Source: Eledone cirrhosa
Lineage: Eukaryota
Assembly (NCBI GenBank): GCA_964016885.1
Contig: OZ024740.1
Location: 78,430,001-78,494,000, forward strand
DNA: 64,000 nucleotides
Direction of reading: 5' to 3'
This document shows, piece by piece, positions 57,633 to 64,000 of the stretch. The first letter of the stretch is position 1. The number at the start of each line of letters is the position of its first letter. The notes under the pieces were generated by a model that searched no databases, was not told the origin of the DNA, and saw only the letters and a program-made list of their open reading frames with translations. Position numbers and translations under genes: made by a program.

Positions 57633-58646
57633 ATCTACATTAATGACATTACTGACATCATCAAGCACAGCAACATAAGAATCTTCGCAGATGATTCCAA
57701 GCTCCAAAGGGTCATCAATGAGGGGGGTGACTGAACTTGCCTTCAGTCAGACCTACTGGCTGTTATCCAATGGGCAGAAATGAATAATATGCTGTTGAAT
57801 GAGGATAAGTTTGAATTAATCCACTTTGGAGAAAAGGATGCCATGAAACTACCATACTCTCTTCCTTCGGGTGAAACTCTAGTGGCATCCAATAACATCA
57901 GAGACCTGGGAGTAATTGTGGACAACAACATAAGCTGGGCAACTCAGCAAAGTTGATATGGCCCGCAAAATGTGTTCCTGGATTCTCAGAACTTTCCAGT
58001 CGAGAGATATCCACACTGTTATCCTTCTCTTCTCCACTTTTGCCCGACCCCACCTTGAATACTGTTGTCGACCGTGGTCACCCCATACGAAACAAAGTAT
58101 CATGAAAGTTGAAGCACCCCAAAAGTCAATAAAGATAGATGGCATGACAGGCCTTGACTATTGGAGTCGATTAGAAAAGCTCAACCATTATTCTCTCCAA
58201 CGTCGCCGTGAGCGAGCGCTACATTATCTGCATGTTGTGGAAAATATTTTATCAGCTTTGCTAAAATGATGTTGGCATCACCTTTAATGTACACACAAGG
58301 CTTGGGCTCCGTGCTATCCGCCCACGACAAAAATCTCACTCGCATCTCATAACAAAAATACGGCACAATTATTTCACCTCAATTGGCCCTGCACTCTTTA
58401 ACATTACACCAAAACACATCAAAGCAGAGACAGACCCCATCAAGTACAAGAAGTCTTTGAATAAATTCCTTCAAGAAATCCCGGATAAGCCTCCTACACC
58501 CGGATATGCCTCCGTAAACAATAACTCTCTGCTCGAGTGGGCCATAGTGCCCAAACACTAATTTGTAAGACTTCGCCAGGTGGTGCTATTAAGTTAGACA
58601 TAGCCTGGGCCAATACTGGCCGAAACGTATCAAAGTTATCAAAGTT
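57633..58646 (+). mobile_element. CR1/L2/Jockey-group LINE 3' fragment (decayed RT)
   Basis: IYINDI...IFADDSK, LQSDL..V.QWA..N.M, RDLGV, RPHLEYCC..WSP, SLQRRRER; short (TATCAAAGT)2 tail. Confidence 0.85.
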
Positions 58647-58831
58647 ATATATGTATATAAATATATATATATGTATAAATATATATGTGTGTAAATATAT
58701 ATATATATATATGTATAAATATATATGTGTGTAAATATATATATATATATATCAGCGGTGCCCCAGCATATAAGGGCGGTGCCCCAGCATGGCCTCAGCC
58801 GGATGGCTGAAACAGGTAAAAGAGTAAAAGA

Positions 58832-58924
<93 letters not shown>

Positions 58925-58936
58925 CATATATATATA

Positions 58937-59123
<187 letters not shown>

Positions 59124-59155
59124 ATATACATATATATATATAAATATATATATAC

Positions 59156-59212
<57 letters not shown>

Positions 59213-59261
59213 TATATATATATGTGTATATAAATATATATATATACATATATATATATAT

Positions 59262-59750
59262 ATCTAAGGCGGGTAAAATTCCCGAGATCCATGGACGAGT
59301 TCTCTCCAGCGGTCTCTGTCCCTCATTATCGCTGCCATGTCCTGCGTCTCCAACACAACCAGTGTCTGTCATTAGGGCATCAACATACGTTAACATTGGT
59401 CTTCCTCTTCTAGTGTGTCCATGTAGGGGCTCCCAAAGGAGCACTGATTGGGAATACGGAAGATGATGTGGTTGAGAGGAAGAGCAAGGCCTGGGCGGCG
59501 TGCCACAGCTTCAGATCGGTGTGGAAGTCGGACCTTCGTAGAGACCTGAAGGTCCGCCTCTTCATTGGTGTAGTGGAGTCTGTGCTGCTGTATGGGTCTG
59601 AGACTTGGACACTGACCAAGAAACTCACTCAGATGGTGGATGGGTGCTACACGAGAATGCTGAGGATGGCTCTGAACATTAATCAGTATACACTGAGTAT
59701 TAAAAACTCAGAGCTGTATGGGAGCATCCCAAAAGTCAGCTCAAAAGTGA
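59262..59750. mobile_element. RTE-clade LINE 3' fragment with 5' inversion
   Basis: Plus: VESVLLYGSETWTL...MLR (59452-59750). Minus: LLWEP.HG...RGRP..TYVD (59262-59450). Confidence 0.85.
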
Positions 59751-59846
59751 TATATATATATATATATATAAATATATATATATATAAATAAATATATATA
59801 TATGTATATAAATATATATATATATATGTATGTATGTATGTATGTG

Positions 59847-59879
<33 letters not shown>

Positions 59880-61016
59880 AGGAATTTTGTTTCAGAACAC
59901 CAACCTCTTCAAAGGTATTGTTTCTTATATAGATCTACAAAATCCAACAATAAGCTTTCATGTGGAAAGCTTCTGCTGTGATATCAAAGAGTCTGAATGA
60001 AACGTTAGAACCCTGAAGCAGAATATTTTTCAAAGTACTCTGGTTAATATGGGAAATAATTTCAAAACCAATTTTTTCCATATGTTTTAGTATTTATTCC
60101 TGATAAAAATCTCAGATAAAAATCTCTGATAAAAATCTCAGAAAAGTTTCTAATATTACAGATTGATTGTCAAACAAAGGCAATTAACAAAATACTAATT
60201 GAAAATGTTGTCAGAAGTTTTGAACATCAAAGCTTAATCAAGAATAAAGCAAGTATAAAACACCATGAGAAACCATTAAAAATATCAAACTTTGAAATTT
60301 TTGGTGTGATTCTGTGATATGTTGTAATCATTTTTTAATATAAACTTGGAACCAATTGGCTCCTGACCACGAACACCACCTACCCTACAGATTTCTACTT
60401 TGTTACCTCTCATCCTTCCAATAAACTATAAACATGACATAAGTTATCTCCCATCTCCTCTCAACTAAAATAAGTGGTTGCCTCTTCTTATCACTCCTCC
60501 CCTTTTCACTCCTTTTACATATATGTGTGACAGACAGACGGAGAAACAGCTTCTTTTATAATATAGATTATTAAAAAAATGTGTTATTGTTGTTTCTGTA
60601 GTTGTTATACCTCCTTTTTCTGTGGAAGTGGGCGTGGCTGAATGAGTAAGAATTTTCCTTCATTATTATGAAATATCGGTGGATTGGCAGTATCTGTAGG
60701 GCGTCAGACACCATGCTTTGCAGCATAGTATTATGACCCTTTACGTTCTGAGTTCAAATCCTGCCGAGGTTAGCTTTGCCTTTCATCTTTGTGGGATCGA
60801 TAAAATAAAGCACCAGTAATGCACTGGGGTAATTTCTGGCCTTGTGCCGAAAGTAGAAACAATTATTATGAAGTATCGTGATTTCAGATGAATGAAGCAG
60901 TGCTAGTCCTGTAGAAAGGATTTTATGTAAAAAGAAATCGTGTTCCTTCTTTACTTAATGTGTTGTATTGCGTACCTTATTCAATTCTGGTCTCTTCCAA
61001 TTCTTCGGAAAAGCAT

Positions 61017-61170
<154 letters not shown>

Positions 61171-61172
61171 TA

Positions 61173-62189
<1,017 letters not shown>

Positions 62190-62990
62190 TAGCCTCGTTT
62201 AAATGATTTTTTGTGTGGTTGATTTATGCTGATTTGGAGAAGAAATACTGTATATATTTTTATCTAATGATTCTATCGACTTACTTTTTATATATTGCTC
62301 TGATTATTAATTATTTAATTAATTCATCATTGAACCACACCGTCAATGGTTGCCAAAAACATATATATATATATCTATGGCTTTGTCTAGTTTATATGTA
62401 TATACCCTTTAAATTTTATATACTCCCGTAAGGTTGAGTAAAACTTTAGGCAGTATTCGGCTGCGCTTTCTAGCAACCAGCCTACTCGCCGACAGGCACC
62501 AATCATAAACTTTCTGCCTTGACTACTAGCCACGTGATGATTCTTAGCCATTTTGAATTCGTTTCTGGCGGGGATCATGTAAGAAAAATCTTTGTCCAAT
62601 TGAGTTATCTCCTGATGATTTCCAACCTCTTTGCTTTATCCAAGATCGGATATATCCCAAAATGGAATGAAATCGTCGGGGGTAGAGATATTTTGATGAT
62701 TTTGGTAGGTTTTATATACATTTTTTCTTCTAACTTTGATTTTGTACCTAATTATGTATGGTTAACTATATGTCTAGTCAATTTCTATAGGCTATTAGAA
62801 ATACTAGGTAAATTTTCTGTAGCTATGAGTCGCGAATAAAAAGCTATATAATTTATCTATTGTTTCTTCATAAGTATATTTTAAACTTATAGCCTCGTTT
62901 AAATGATTTTTTGTGTGGTTGAATTATGTTGATTGGGAGAAGAAATAGTGTATATATTGTATCTAATGATTCTATGGAATTACTTTATAT
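62190..62990 (+). mobile_element. HHR-bearing repeat family J (about 700-bp unit with terminal redundancy)
   Basis: 62190-62285 repeated at 62890-62985; partial copy at about 42615-42960. Confidence 0.75.
62606..62690 (+). ncRNA. Type I hammerhead with extended stem II (family J)
   Basis: tatctc-CTGATGA-t ttcca...tggaa t-GAA-ATC gtcggg GGT-A-gagata. Confidence 0.7.
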
Positions 62991-63190
62991 ATATATATAT
63001 ATAACTACAAGGCTCCGGACTGATTCTTTGTAAATTTATTTTCAACCTAAAAACTTTTCGGACTTTCGCACTTATCTATCTCCCTTACACCTCTCGCACG
63101 CAGTCTAGTATTGCCTGTGTGAAGTCACGGGGTTTCTGCGCATGCGCGTTCGTACGGTTGTCCTTCATGTTCCTATAACCATGCCCATTG

Positions 63191-63228
63191 CGAGCTGAAG
63201 ATCCGCTAAGGTGAAACAATTGTTCTCG
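63191..63228 (+). ncRNA. Minimal type I hammerhead (element about 63003-63328 between (TA)n tracts)
   Basis: cgag-CTGAAGA-t cc gctaa gg t-GAA-ACA at TGT-T-ctcg. Confidence 0.7.
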
Positions 63229-63323
63229 GTATGGTGAACTAACTGTTGTGTAACCACTTCTACCTAACTCGTCCCTTGGACTGAGTGCTCTACCACTACG
63301 GATATTACCTTCCAGTGTTCCAC

Positions 63324-63401
<78 letters not shown>

Positions 63402-63633
63402 ATTCTCTTTTCTTCCTTTTTTCCCTTTTCCCATCTATTTTCCTTCTCTCCCTCCTCCGTTTCCCAATAACTTACCCAGTTATTGAACGCTTTGGGGGTA
63501 GATATATTGTCTTTAAAGCGTTGAAATATCCGAGACCCTCAGTAGACAACTGTCGAGGACCCGCCTCCCACTCTGGCTTCTTATTCTCATTCCATTTTTA
63601 AGCCTAACTTAACTAGCAGCTACACAGCCATCC

Positions 63634-63768
<135 letters not shown>

Positions 63769-63966
63769 TAGATATATATATAGTCCTGGTGTGGGCTAAT
63801 GACCCAGAAACATGTTAATTGTTCCTCAAAGCCAATGTTGAACAAACAGGTGACGATCGGTCAACAGCACGGCACAGCTTCAAAATGGGCCTTTGTTTAC
63901 AAACGAATCGAACATTATTATTAATGTTCGATATAACCCATACGTACATATGTATATGTAAATATG

Positions 63967-64000
<34 letters not shown>

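Overview
AT-rich, microsatellite-dense eukaryotic DNA. The repeat content (tRNA-derived SINEs, long (TA)n/(CA)n tracts, Penelope-like elements) suggests an invertebrate, probably an octopus; this is an inference. Almost all ORFs in the track are microsatellite artefacts. Real coding remnants are transposon-derived: Penelope-like elements (RT + C-terminal GIY-YIG), a Tx1/L1-clade LINE 3' part, CR1/L2-type and RTE LINE fragments, and a Buster-type hAT with TIRs and an 8-bp TSD. There are also MITEs, a non-autonomous Helitron and one candidate first exon of a host gene (6773-7010). The main unexplained signal is a dense population of about 11 different short non-coding elements, each carrying a type I hammerhead ribozyme (HHR) motif. 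Several show compensatory stem changes or very long stem II inserts. Most sit in (TA)n tracts as tandem and inverted arrays, usually with both 3' ends facing outward. This looks like a retrozyme/Penelope-pLTR-type system mobilised by the neighbouring Penelope elements. All folds and alignments were done by eye. No rRNA, true tRNA gene or CRISPR was seen.
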